NCBI GenBank assembly: GCA_964413365.1
Contig: CAYPRM010000003.1
Location: 857-64,856 of the forward strand
Source of the DNA: an uncultured Lachnospiraceae bacterium
GTDB lineage: Bacteria; Bacillota; Clostridia; Oscillospirales; CAG-272
Direction of reading: 5' to 3'
DNA length: 64,000 nt
The notes beneath the pieces are model-generated. The model had not been told where the DNA came from. It saw only the letters and a program-made list of their open reading frames with translations, and searched no databases. Shown here in pieces: positions 1 to 8,771 of this stretch; positions within the stretch are counted from its first letter, which is position 1, and each line of letters begins with the position of its first letter. The translations under genes were made by a program, and so were the position numbers.

Positions 1-293
1 TGGATATGCTCAGAAACAATGCTCCCTCCGAGATAGCAGGCTTTAAGACTGTACAGCTCGGAGACTATCTCAAGGGCACGATCACCGACCTCACCGCGGG
101 CTCCTCTACCCAGACAGGACTTCCCTCCTCGAACGTTCTCTCATTTAAGCTCGAGTGCGGCGATGTCATTATCACACGCCCCTCGGGAACTGAGCCGAAG
201 ATAAAGTTCTACTATCTTCTCTCGGGCACGAACAAGAGCGAGATGGAAGAAAAGCTTGCAAAATACAAAAATTCAATAAGTAAATATTTATAA
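1..293 (+). CDS. alpha-D-phosphohexomutase family protein (phosphoglucomutase/phosphomannomutase), C-terminal fragment; 5' end outside window
   Basis: The frame is open from the window edge to the stop at 291-293. The tail ...ITRPSGTEPKIKFYY... matches the conserved domain-IV loop of PGM/PMM enzymes. Confidence 0.8.
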   Translation, partial: DMLRNNAPSEIAGFKTVQLGDYLKGTITDLTAGSSTQTGLPSSNVLSFKLECGDVIITRPSGTEPKIKFYYLLSGTNKSEMEEKLAKYKNSISKYL

Positions 294-297
294 TCAC

Positions 298-335
298 AAA
301 AATTCTCCGCAGATATGTCTGCGGAGAATTTTTAT
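298..335. terminator. bidirectional intrinsic terminator between convergent genes
   Basis: Perfect 13-bp stem aattctccgcaga (301-313) / tctgcggagaatt (318-330) with a 4-nt loop. An A-run lies upstream and a T-run downstream. Confidence 0.8.
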
Positions 336-892
336 ATGAATAATTTGGGGATCTGCCTTCCTGTCAGAGCATGCTCGAGCGTCTTATCGACCATATCAAA
401 GCTTGCAACAAGAGAGTGGGGCTTATTTATTGGATCGTCCTGCTCCATGGGTACAAAATAGATATTCTTGCGCGAAAGGAGCGTAGCGATATTTTTAAGA
501 TTTGCACTGAGGGCATCGTTGCTCGCAAGTGCTATAACAAGAGGGCTGTCATTTCGCAGATGTGCCTTTGCCGCCATGCAGACGGTAGTGTCGGTTATCG
601 CACAGGCGAGCTTTGCGAGCGTATTTCCCGTGCAGGGGCATATCAGCATAGCATCGAGCTTGATCCTCGGTCCGAGGGGTTCTGCGTCCGCGATGGTATG
701 GACTATTTCCCTGCCCGTTATATCCGATATTCTCTCCCTTATGTCAAAAGCTCTGCCAAAACGAGTGTCCATAGTGTAGGCATTTTCGCTCATTATCGGC
801 AAAATATCATAGCCAAGGTCTACGAGCCTCTCCATAACCTCAAGAGACCTTGAAATTGTACAAAAAGATCCTGTAATAGCAAATCCGAGCAC
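332..892 (-). CDS. dpaB: dipicolinate synthase subunit B (flavoprotein, SpoVFB-like)
   Basis: 186 aa. Motifs GFAITGSFCT, AEPLGP, CPCTGNTLAKLA and MAAKAHLRN align by eye with Bacillus SpoVFB. The gene lies directly downstream of dpaA. Confidence 0.9.
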   Translation of the reverse strand: MLGFAITGSFCTISRSLEVMERLVDLGYDILPIMSENAYTMDTRFGRAFDIRERISDITGREIVHTIADAEPLGPRIKLDAMLICPCTGNTLAKLACAITDTTVCMAAKAHLRNDSPLVIALASNDALSANLKNIATLLSRKNIYFVPMEQDDPINKPHSLVASFDMVDKTLEHALTGRQIPKLFI

Positions 893-895
893 GTC

Positions 896-1738
896 CTAAT
901 CCTCCCTTGATAGCATACTTGATACGGTTTGTGCCAAAATCTCCCCCGCACTTCTCGGAGCATATCTTCCGGGTATTCCAAGCTCGCGGCGGTAGTTCAA
1001 CGGATATTTTTTCAGCACATCCTCGCCGACGCCGTACGGTGCTGACGCGATATCCATTATGAGCGTCCTCGGCGAAATGGCGGATGCGACACTATCCGTT
1101 ATTATATTATACGGGACGGTATTGAAGATTATATCCTGTTTCCCGAGATGTGAAAAATATTTCTCCCCACCGATCCCTGACGCCTCCATGCCGAGCATCC
1201 TGCTCCACGATATATCCGCATCCCTGCGTGCAAAGACCGAGACACGAGCACCCGTGGAGCGAAGGAGATACGCGAGCATCTTCCCTATCCTGCCAAATCC
1301 GAGTATTCCAATCCTCGCACCCCAAAAGGATGAGTCGAGGCTCTGCTTAGCATAATATATCGCACCCTCCGCGGACAGCAGTGCATTCTGTATCTGAAAG
1401 GTCTCAATGTCATAATAATCTTCGTATCTCTTGCCGAGTGCATCAAGCTCCGACCTGAGGGCTTGAGGAAGCTTTCCGCCGAGCAGGAGGCACTCCGCTC
1501 CCGCAGACTCCGCTATATCGCGTATTTTTATCTTCTGATCAAAGGAAGGCATATTTATATGCATGTCGTCATTCGTGCACGGCAGAGGCAGTACTATTGC
1601 CGCAGCATCACGAACACGCGCACGCATATTCTCATCAAGCGTAAAGCACGTAAATGCCCGAGCATCACAGCCACATTCAACGAGATATTCACAGGCATAT
1701 TCCTGCCTTACATCTCCACCTAAAAGAAGTACGGACAT
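896..1738 (-). CDS. dpaA: dipicolinate synthase subunit A (SpoVFA-like, NAD(P)-binding)
   Basis: 280 aa with a Rossmann motif ILGFGRIGKMLAYLL. It is paired with dpaB across a 3-nt gap. The RBS aaggagg lies upstream of the ATG at 1738. Confidence 0.85.
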   Translation of the reverse strand: MSVLLLGGDVRQEYACEYLVECGCDARAFTCFTLDENMRARVRDAAAIVLPLPCTNDDMHINMPSFDQKIKIRDIAESAGAECLLLGGKLPQALRSELDALGKRYEDYYDIETFQIQNALLSAEGAIYYAKQSLDSSFWGARIGILGFGRIGKMLAYLLRSTGARVSVFARRDADISWSRMLGMEASGIGGEKYFSHLGKQDIIFNTVPYNIITDSVASAISPRTLIMDIASAPYGVGEDVLKKYPLNYRRELGIPGRYAPRSAGEILAQTVSSMLSRED

Positions 1739-1798
1739 ATTTCACCTCCTTGCTTTTTACAGTAATATTATATTACTCTCATTCAATTACTGTTACAC

Positions 1799-1829
1799 AA
1801 AAAAAGACCGCCCGAGGCGGTCTTTTTTT
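1799..1829. terminator. bidirectional intrinsic terminator
   Basis: Sequence aaaaaaAGACCGCCcgaGGCGGTCTttttttt: an 8-bp GC-rich stem flanked by an A-run and a T-run. It lies just downstream of the minus-strand gene ending at 1844. Confidence 0.8.
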
Positions 1830-1843
1830 GTATGTATGATAAA

Positions 1844-2446
1844 TCAGAATATCTTCGATATGACTGCCGCCATATCCTTGATATTTACGTCGGTGGTATT
1901 TATGCAGAGGTCGTAATTTGATTTATCCCCCCACTTATTCCCCGTATAGAAATCGTAATATCTCGCGCGGTTCTTATCTATGGAGATTATCTGCTTTCTT
2001 ATCTCCTTCTCGGTAAGGTGCTTTTGCGAATCGGTATTACGGGATATGCAACGCTTTACGCGGCTGTCCATATCCGCATAGACAAATATTCTATATGGCT
2101 TAAGATCCTGAAGAATAAAGTCCGCACAGCGACCAACGATAACACAGCTTGACTTCTGTGCGAGGGAGCGAATTATCTCACTTTGGGCAAGGTATATGGA
2201 CTGCTCCTGATGAAAATAGAAATTGTCCGTTATGAGCATGGTCTGACCTACGGTTATCGGATACAGGTGATGGGGCTTGCCCTCGAGAATCTCCTGCACA
2301 TACTCCTGCGACATAGAGGTCTTTTCTGCTATCGCGGCGATGATCTCCTTATCGTAATACTCGATATGAAGCTCCTCAGCAAGTCGCCTTCCAAGCTCTC
2401 TGCCACCGCTTCCAAATTCTCTGCCAATCGTTATTATTTTGTTCAT
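1844..2446 (-). CDS. cytidylate kinase-like family P-loop protein
   Basis: 200 aa. The N-terminal IITIGREFGSGGRELGRRLAEEL is typical of the cytidylate-kinase-like (AAA_28/Cytidylate_kin2) family. Confidence 0.7.
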   Translation of the reverse strand: MNKIITIGREFGSGGRELGRRLAEELHIEYYDKEIIAAIAEKTSMSQEYVQEILEGKPHHLYPITVGQTMLITDNFYFHQEQSIYLAQSEIIRSLAQKSSCVIVGRCADFILQDLKPYRIFVYADMDSRVKRCISRNTDSQKHLTEKEIRKQIISIDKNRARYYDFYTGNKWGDKSNYDLCINTTDVNIKDMAAVISKIF

Positions 2447-2573
2447 ATTTTCATCTCCGATCTTTAGAATTGCAATAATATTATATCACCTTTTTTTGGA
2501 TTTGTCAATAAAAACGATCACTTGCGAATAATATTATTTTGATCTTAAGTAATAAAAATGAGGTGATTTTACG

Positions 2574-3122
2574 ATGCAAAATAAAAGAAATATAGGAATA
2601 TGGGAGCTATGGGGCTTTGCAGTTGTATCCCTCTGCGGAACACTATTGCATTTTTGGTATGACCTTTCGGGATCTATGCTCGTTGCGGCGTTTTCGGGCG
2701 TGAACGAGTCCACGTGGGAGCACATGAAGCTTCTTTTCTGGCCGATGCTCGCCTTTGCGATCGTTCAGAGGCATTTTTTCCGCGAGGTCGATCACTTCTG
2801 GTATGCAAAGCTCTGTGGAGCACTGCTCGGTCTTGCCCTGATACCGATCATATTCTACACATATAACGGCGTGATAGGCAGATCTCCCGATTGGATAAAT
2901 ATCGCCATATTTTTCATATCTGCCGCCGTTGCCTATGCATACGAGGCTCGCCTCCTCCGATACGGGAGCACTCGGTGTATCCCCTCACGCATATCCCTCG
3001 GCATACTGCTCTGCATCGGCGCACTTTTTGTAATATTTACCTATATCACTCCCAACATCGGTATATTCAGAGATCCGATAAGTGGCGGATACGGCATAGC
3101 GGATGCAGTGCAAAAAATTTGA
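2574..3122 (+). CDS. multi-pass membrane protein (DUF6512-like)
   Basis: 182 aa with about 5 hydrophobic helices and the motif NESTWEHMKLLFWP. The RBS gaggtg lies upstream of the ATG. Confidence 0.55.
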   Translation: MQNKRNIGIWELWGFAVVSLCGTLLHFWYDLSGSMLVAAFSGVNESTWEHMKLLFWPMLAFAIVQRHFFREVDHFWYAKLCGALLGLALIPIIFYTYNGVIGRSPDWINIAIFFISAAVAYAYEARLLRYGSTRCIPSRISLGILLCIGALFVIFTYITPNIGIFRDPISGGYGIADAVQKI

Positions 3123-3130
3123 CAAAATCC

Positions 3131-3159
3131 TTGAAAACCCACAAAATGTATGATATAAT
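3131..3159 (+). promoter_or_regulatory. sigma-70-type promoter for the LytTR two-component operon
   Basis: TTGAAA (3131-3136), a 17-nt spacer, then TATAAT (3154-3159) preceded by an extended -10 TG at 3151-3152. It sits 31 nt upstream of the ATG at 3190. Confidence 0.6.
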
Positions 3160-3189
3160 ATCAATATCTACAAAAAGGGGGCGAGGCTG

Positions 3190-3888
3190 ATGAGGTATAA
3201 GATCGCGATCTGCGATGATTCCGATACGGACAGACGCTATGTTTTGAATATGGTCGAGAGCTGGGCTGAGTCTGCCGCGCACAATGTGGATGTGAACACC
3301 TTCCCCTCCGCCGAGAGTTTTCTCTTTCACTATGAGGAGGAGAGCGATTATGACATTCTGCTTCTCGACATCGAAATGGGAGAGATGGACGGCGTAACTA
3401 TGGCAAAGAGAATTCGACATGCCAACGACACCGTGCAGATCGTTTTCATCACGGGCTATTCAGACTACATTTCCGAGGGGTACGAGGTTGCGGCTCTCCA
3501 TTATCTTATGAAACCCGTCAAGGAAGAAAAGCTCCGATCGGTGCTTGACCGTGCGGCGGAAAAGCTTGCTAAAAACGAGAAGGTATTGAACTTTGAGATC
3601 GGTAGCGAGATGGTGCGTGTGCCGATTTATCAGATCCGTTACGCTGATGTTCTCGGCAACTACGTTACCGTTCACGCTCTCTCTGACGTTACTGCGAAAA
3701 TGACCTTGGGCGAGCTTGAAAAGCAGCTTGACGAGCGATTTTATCGCGTGGGGCGTTCCACGATCGTAAATCTTACGCAGATCAGCCGTGTAACAAAGAC
3801 AGAGATCAGGCTGAGCGACGGAGCAGTCATTCCCCTCCCACGGGGAGCGTATGACGGTGTGAACCGTGCGATAATAAATATGAGGTAG
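3190..3888 (+). CDS. LytTR/AlgR-family response regulator
   Basis: 232 aa. The receiver domain shows ICDDS...LLLDIEMGEMDG and the C-terminal part is a LytTR DNA-binding domain (FYRVGRSTIVNL). Confidence 0.9.
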   Translation: MRYKIAICDDSDTDRRYVLNMVESWAESAAHNVDVNTFPSAESFLFHYEEESDYDILLLDIEMGEMDGVTMAKRIRHANDTVQIVFITGYSDYISEGYEVAALHYLMKPVKEEKLRSVLDRAAEKLAKNEKVLNFEIGSEMVRVPIYQIRYADVLGNYVTVHALSDVTAKMTLGELEKQLDERFYRVGRSTIVNLTQISRVTKTEIRLSDGAVIPLPRGAYDGVNRAIINMR

Positions 3889-3893
3889 CAAAT

Positions 3894-4556
3894 ATGGGAT
3901 TGTTTTCTAAGAAAATAGACAAGCAGATCGCCTCCTATCAGCACGAGCTGATAGAAACGCATTACCGTGAGGTCGATAATATGTACCGTCAGATTCGCGG
4001 TTGGCGACACGACTACCGCAATCACATTCAGACGATGAAGGCTTATGCGGCTGTCGGCGACCTTGATGCCATTAAGAATTATCTCGACCTGCTCGATAAG
4101 GATCTGACCACCGTTGACACTGTTATCAAGACGGGCAATCCTATGACGGATGCCATTCTGAACTCCAAAATTTCAATTGCAAGATCAAAGGGTATTGATG
4201 TTGTGGCGGATGCGCATATTCCCGTCAAGCTAAAGACCTCGGAGATCGACCTGTGCTGTATAATCGGTAATCTCTTTGACAATGCCATTGAGGCGAGTGT
4301 CAAGCTACCCGAGGATCAGCGTGTGATCCGTGTGTATATGGATATGAAAAATACCCAGCTCTACATTTCCTTCACAAATCTTACTGCCGAGAAGAAAATG
4401 AGCAAGGTGGGCAATATATTCCGCACTACAAAGGGCGACGGGCACGGCTTTGGGCTTGTTCGCATAGATGCGATCGTGGAAAGGCTCGACGGATACATCA
4501 GTCGCAATAGCGAGGACGGGGCGTTCACAACTGAAATATTGCTTCCGCAGGTGTGA
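3894..4556 (+). CDS. AgrC/HPK10-type GHKL histidine kinase core lacking any transmembrane sensor region
   Basis: 220 aa. H-box WRHDYRNHIQT, N-box GNLFDNAIEAS, G-box KGDGHGFGL. I see no hydrophobic segment in the translation. The gene starts 5 nt after the regulator gene. Confidence 0.8.
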   Translation: MGLFSKKIDKQIASYQHELIETHYREVDNMYRQIRGWRHDYRNHIQTMKAYAAVGDLDAIKNYLDLLDKDLTTVDTVIKTGNPMTDAILNSKISIARSKGIDVVADAHIPVKLKTSEIDLCCIIGNLFDNAIEASVKLPEDQRVIRVYMDMKNTQLYISFTNLTAEKKMSKVGNIFRTTKGDGHGFGLVRIDAIVERLDGYISRNSEDGAFTTEILLPQV

Positions 4557-4589
4557 AAATTTGCAATTCATCACCCCAAAATGACGATT

Positions 4590-4620
4590 CGTCCCCGAAA
4601 TAACACGGGGACGATTTTTT
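4590..4620 (+). terminator. intrinsic terminator or attenuator between kinase and ABC genes
   Basis: Stem cgtccccg (4590-4597) / cggggacg (4606-4613) followed by atttttt (4614-4620). Confidence 0.6.
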
Positions 4621-4655
4621 ATGATATGATATAAACAGAAAGGAAGGTGGTTTTT

Positions 4656-6488
4656 ATGCGAAGCAAGAAATCTCCAAAATCAAAATACAATATGCTACAA
4701 AACTCGGCATATATGATAAGGCTCGCGTGGACCTCGGGCGAGAAAAAGGTCATAGTGCTCGGCCTGCTCTCGACACTCACAGCGGTCGGGCTTAATCTTA
4801 TAAATCTGTACGTCTCTCCGACGATACTCGGCGCTGTGGAAAATCACGCATCCGTCGGCGAGCTCTTGATAACTGTAGCTGTATTTGTCGGTGCGCTGAT
4901 GCTCATGTCCGCCGCCTCTGCATACGTGAACACAAACACCTTGTACGGCAGGATCAGTGTACGCAGTGAGCTGATCACCCTGCTCAACAAAAAGGCGACT
5001 ACGACCTCGTATGTCAATGTCCACGATAAGAAATTCAATGATCTTACCGACAAGGCGCAAAATACTGTCAATTCAAATCTTGCCGCTACGGAGGCCATCT
5101 GGACGACGCTTACTAATCTTACGACCAACATTATCGGATTTTTAATATACACAGTCATGATGTCGTCCTTAAATCCCCTGCTCCTTGCGGTCGTACTTAT
5201 CACGACTGTTATATCCTACTTTATAAGCAATCATCTTAACGGATGGTTTTACCGTCATCTTGAGGAGGATATTGAGCATGTAAGGCATCTGTTTTACCTT
5301 GACAGGCGCACGAGCATGCTTGATATTGCAAAGGACATCCGCATCTTCGGTCTGCGTCCGTGGATCGAGGAGCTTTATGCAAAGGGTATGAACGCATATC
5401 TTGCGTTCCACAAGAGGGGTGAGACCAACATACTTTGGGCGGGAATCGCCGATCTTCTGCTCACCTTCCTGCGAAATGCCATCGCGTATGCATATCTTTT
5501 GGGGCTCGTTATCGCAGGCGGAATGGGCGTATCGGAATTTCTACTCTATTTCAGCGCGATCGGAGGATTTACCGCTTGGGTATCGGGTATACTTGGCGGA
5601 TTTAACACTCTGCACATTCAATCCCTCGACATCTCCATCGTCCGTGAGTGCATAGAATACCCCGAGCCTTTCAAGTTTGATGACGGTGAGCACATTTCGG
5701 TAGAGGCAGACAGGTTCTATGAGATAAGACTTGAAAATGTTTCTTACCGCTATCCGACATCCGATACCGACACGCTCAAAAACGTAAATCTCACGCTCCA
5801 TCCCGGGGAAAAGTTAGCAGTTGTCGGACTCAACGGTGCAGGCAAAACAACGCTCATCAAGCTTATCTGCGGATTTATTGATCCCACAGAGGGACGCGTG
5901 CTTCTTGACGGAAGGGATATCAGAGATTACAACCGCAGGGATTATTATAATATGTTCTCTGCCGTATTCCAGGATTTCTCACTCCTTGCCGGAACGATCG
6001 CAACGAACGTGGCGCAGGACAGCGTTGGCATTGATATGGCACGTGTCAAGGAAAGCGTAGAGAAAGCAGGACTCAGGAAGAAGATCGAAGGCTTGAAGGA
6101 CGGCTACGAGACATGCCTAAACCGAGAGGTATACGAGGATGCTATCCTCCTTTCGGGCGGTGAGACGCAGCGACTCATGCTTGCCCGCGCACTTTACAAA
6201 AACGCGCCTTTCATTGTTCTCGACGAGCCAACGGCGGCACTTGATCCTATCGCAGAGTCGGAAATGTACCAAAAGTACAATGAAATGACAAGTGGCAAAT
6301 CCTCAATTTATATCTCCCACCGCCTCGCATCAACACGGTTCTGCGACCGCATCATTATGATCGCAAATGGCGGAATTGCCGAGGAAGGCACGCACGCAGA
6401 GCTTCTCACGCTTGGTGGAATGTATGCGGAGCTATTTGAGATACAGAGCAAATACTACAAGGAGAGTGATAATAATGAATCAGTCTAA
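4656..6488 (+). CDS. ABC exporter half-transporter (N-terminal 6-TM permease plus C-terminal ATPase)
   Basis: Walker A GLNGAGKTT, signature LSGGETQR, Walker B FIVLDEPTAALD. The track start at 4647 is a GTG. The ATG at 4656, 8 nt after aaggaagg, is preferred. Confidence 0.9.
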   Translation: MRSKKSPKSKYNMLQNSAYMIRLAWTSGEKKVIVLGLLSTLTAVGLNLINLYVSPTILGAVENHASVGELLITVAVFVGALMLMSAASAYVNTNTLYGRISVRSELITLLNKKATTTSYVNVHDKKFNDLTDKAQNTVNSNLAATEAIWTTLTNLTTNIIGFLIYTVMMSSLNPLLLAVVLITTVISYFISNHLNGWFYRHLEEDIEHVRHLFYLDRRTSMLDIAKDIRIFGLRPWIEELYAKGMNAYLAFHKRGETNILWAGIADLLLTFLRNAIAYAYLLGLVIAGGMGVSEFLLYFSAIGGFTAWVSGILGGFNTLHIQSLDISIVRECIEYPEPFKFDDGEHISVEADRFYEIRLENVSYRYPTSDTDTLKNVNLTLHPGEKLAVVGLNGAGKTTLIKLICGFIDPTEGRVLLDGRDIRDYNRRDYYNMFSAVFQDFSLLAGTIATNVAQDSVGIDMARVKESVEKAGLRKKIEGLKDGYETCLNREVYEDAILLSGGETQRLMLARALYKNAPFIVLDEPTAALDPIAESEMYQKYNEMTSGKSSIYISHRLASTRFCDRIIMIANGGIAEEGTHAELLTLGGMYAELFEIQSKYYKESDNNESV

Positions 6489-8349
6489 TGGCAAGATCTC
6501 CATAGCAAGAGCTATAAGAGCGAATTCGCGTGCTCTGAGGCTTCTTTTCAGGCATTACCCTCAGATGGTAGCATCCCACCTTATAAGCGTAGTATGGGGG
6601 GCGCTTACCCCCTATGTGGGCATATACTTCTCTGCCCTCATTATCGATGAGCTTACAGGTGCTCGGGACGTGGGGCGCATACAGCTGCTCGTCATGCTGA
6701 CGCTCGTCTCAGCCGCACTCATAGCCCTCGGCACGGCTCTCATAGAAAGATGGAAAAATACACAGAGCGTCGGCGACTGGATCAAGATCGAACACGTGAT
6801 ATCAGAAAAGATCCTTGACACGGACTATGTAAACCTCGACAGCACTCACACCTCGGAGATGCTCTCCACAATACGTCAGAATTTCAATGGCGGCGGTTGG
6901 GGACTCGGAAGAACTCTTGAATGTGTAGGATCTCTTCTCTCATCAATTTTCACCGTTTTCGGCGGTCTTGCGCTCACCGTATCGCTTTTCACAATAACAG
7001 TTCCGAGCGACGCAGGCACGCTGACATTTCTGAACAGTCCCCTCGTATCAATTTCCGTCATAGCGATCATGCTTGCGATCACCTTTATCGCTCCGATGCT
7101 AACTAACAAATCGGAGAGCTATTACGCAAAGCACGCCGACGATCACAATCTCAGCAACCGTCTGTTCGGCTTTTTTGGTTGGCTCGGATACAAGAAGAAT
7201 ATCGCGATGGACGTCAGAATGTACCGTCAGGACAGGATCTGCGACAGAAACAATCGCAACAAGGAGGATACATTTGGCTCAAATGGGCTTTTCGCTCACC
7301 TTGCACGCGGTGAGATGGGATTCTTTGCCGCGGCAGGTGCGGCGGTCTCAACAATCTTCACGGGCGTTGTATATGTTTTTGTGTGTCTTAAGGCGTTGGC
7401 AGGTGCGTTCGGTCTTGGCTCTGTAACACAGTACGTTGCCGCAATAACCAAGGTGTCCGGCGGAATGTCAAGCCTCGTTTCGGGCATCGGACTAATGTGC
7501 AACAACACACCATTCCTTGAGCTGACCTTTGAGTATCTTGATATCCCCGACAATATGTATCAAGGCTCGCTCACCGTTGAAAAGCGTAGTGACAGAAGCT
7601 ATCAAGTCGAGTTCCGCAACGTTTCCTTCAAGTACCCTGGCTGTGATAGCTATGCGCTCCGCAATGTCAATATGAAATTTGAGATCGGCAAGCGTATGGC
7701 AGTCGTCGGTATGAACGGAAGTGGCAAAACGACCTTTATCAAGCTGCTCTGCCGTCTGTACGACCCCACCGAGGGTGAGATCCTGCTAAACGGTATTGAT
7801 ATTCGCAAGTACAACTACCGTGAATATATGGACATATTCTCCGTGGTATTTCAGGATTTTCAGCTCCTTCATTTGAAGCTTGGCGAAAATGTGGGAGGAA
7901 GCTTGAACTACGACAAGGAGCGTGTTATTGACTGTCTTGAAAAGGCGGGCTTTGGTACAAGGCTTGCCGAAATGCCGAACGGGATTGACACATATCTCTA
8001 TGATGAATATGACAAGCACGGAATCAGCCTCTCGGGCGGCGAGGCGCAGAAGGTTGCGATCGCCCGTGCGCTCTACAAGGATGCTCCGTTCATCGTTCTC
8101 GATGAGCCGACCGCCGCGCTCGATCCCATCGCCGAGGCGGACATCTACTCGAAATTTGACCGCATCGCCGGTGACAAGACTGCGATATACATCTCCCACC
8201 GTCTATCGTCATGCAAATTCTGCGATATGATCGCGGTATTTGACGAGGGCTCGGTCATTCAGCTTGGAACGCATGAGGAGCTACTCAAAAACGATAGTGG
8301 AAAATACTTCGAGCTCTGGCATGCACAGGCGCAGTATTACACAGAATAA
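6475..8349 (+). CDS. ABC exporter half-transporter, likely heterodimer partner of the upstream gene
   Basis: Walker A GMNGSGKTT, signature LSGGEAQK, Walker B FIVLDEPTAALD. The ATG at 6475 overlaps the upstream stop by 14 nt. The track's longer 6367 start lies inside the upstream gene. Confidence 0.9.
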   Translation: MNQSNGKISIARAIRANSRALRLLFRHYPQMVASHLISVVWGALTPYVGIYFSALIIDELTGARDVGRIQLLVMLTLVSAALIALGTALIERWKNTQSVGDWIKIEHVISEKILDTDYVNLDSTHTSEMLSTIRQNFNGGGWGLGRTLECVGSLLSSIFTVFGGLALTVSLFTITVPSDAGTLTFLNSPLVSISVIAIMLAITFIAPMLTNKSESYYAKHADDHNLSNRLFGFFGWLGYKKNIAMDVRMYRQDRICDRNNRNKEDTFGSNGLFAHLARGEMGFFAAAGAAVSTIFTGVVYVFVCLKALAGAFGLGSVTQYVAAITKVSGGMSSLVSGIGLMCNNTPFLELTFEYLDIPDNMYQGSLTVEKRSDRSYQVEFRNVSFKYPGCDSYALRNVNMKFEIGKRMAVVGMNGSGKTTFIKLLCRLYDPTEGEILLNGIDIRKYNYREYMDIFSVVFQDFQLLHLKLGENVGGSLNYDKERVIDCLEKAGFGTRLAEMPNGIDTYLYDEYDKHGISLSGGEAQKVAIARALYKDAPFIVLDEPTAALDPIAEADIYSKFDRIAGDKTAIYISHRLSSCKFCDMIAVFDEGSVIQLGTHEELLKNDSGKYFELWHAQAQYYTE

Positions 8350-8359
8350 AAACAAAAAA

Positions 8360-8390
8360 ATATCGACAGCATCCGCTGTCGATATTTTTT
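8360..8390. terminator. bidirectional intrinsic terminator
   Basis: Stem atatcgacagc (8360-8370) / gctgtcgatat (8375-8385) with loop atcc. An A-run lies before it and a T-run after. It sits between convergent genes. Confidence 0.8.
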
Positions 8391-8706
8391 ATCTATTGTC
8401 GACCTCAAATAGCCATATACGCTTCTCAAATCCGCCACGCTCCTGCGCCTTATGTGAACGGACTGCCTCAAGCTCATCGAGCGTATAGCCCCTTGCAATA
8501 GCACTTGCACGCACGACCTCAAGCAAGTCTGCAAGCTCCTCTATGCTCCCGTCGGTAAGGTATTCATCAAGCTCCTCGCGAAGCTTTTCATCAAGCGCAC
8601 GTATATATTCCCCATCGTCAAGCGTTCCTATCTTGCAGGTGCTTCCCGTGCTTTCGATGATCTCGGGAATCCTATCACGCACGAGTTTTTCATATATTTT
8701 CTTCAT
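8389..8706 (-). CDS. MazG-like / phosphoribosyl-ATP pyrophosphohydrolase-like nucleotide pyrophosphohydrolase
   Basis: About 105 aa starting MKKIYEKLVRDRIPEII. It has an EELxEY...EELADLLEV acidic helix pair and a C-terminal KxxERGGF, typical of small all-alpha NTP pyrophosphohydrolases. The start was moved to the internal ATG at 8706. Confidence 0.55.
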   Translation of the reverse strand: MKKIYEKLVRDRIPEIIESTGSTCKIGTLDDGEYIRALDEKLREELDEYLTDGSIEELADLLEVVRASAIARGYTLDELEAVRSHKAQERGGFEKRIWLFEVDNR

Positions 8707-8732
8707 ATTCGCTCCATATTCCATTTTAAGCA

Positions 8733-8763
8733 AGATCCGCCGACACACAATATCGGCGGATCT
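8733..8763. other. GC-rich hairpin immediately downstream of pilB
   Basis: Stem agatccgccga (8733-8743) / tcggcggatct (8753-8763) with a 9-nt loop. The U-run is present only in the plus-strand sense, so terminator function for the minus-strand operon is uncertain. Confidence 0.4.
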
Positions 8764-8771
8764 ATTATTTT

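Noticed and set aside
1739-1800. A sporulation sigma factor (sigma-K/sigma-E) promoter upstream of dpaA.
   Set aside because: One is expected biologically. However, I could not align a convincing AC / CATA---TA pattern in the 60-nt gap, so I make no call.
6367-6474. A longer start for the second ABC exporter gene.
   Set aside because: It would overlap 122 nt of the upstream gene in another frame. The ATG at 6475 gives a typical short overlap and a normal N-terminus.
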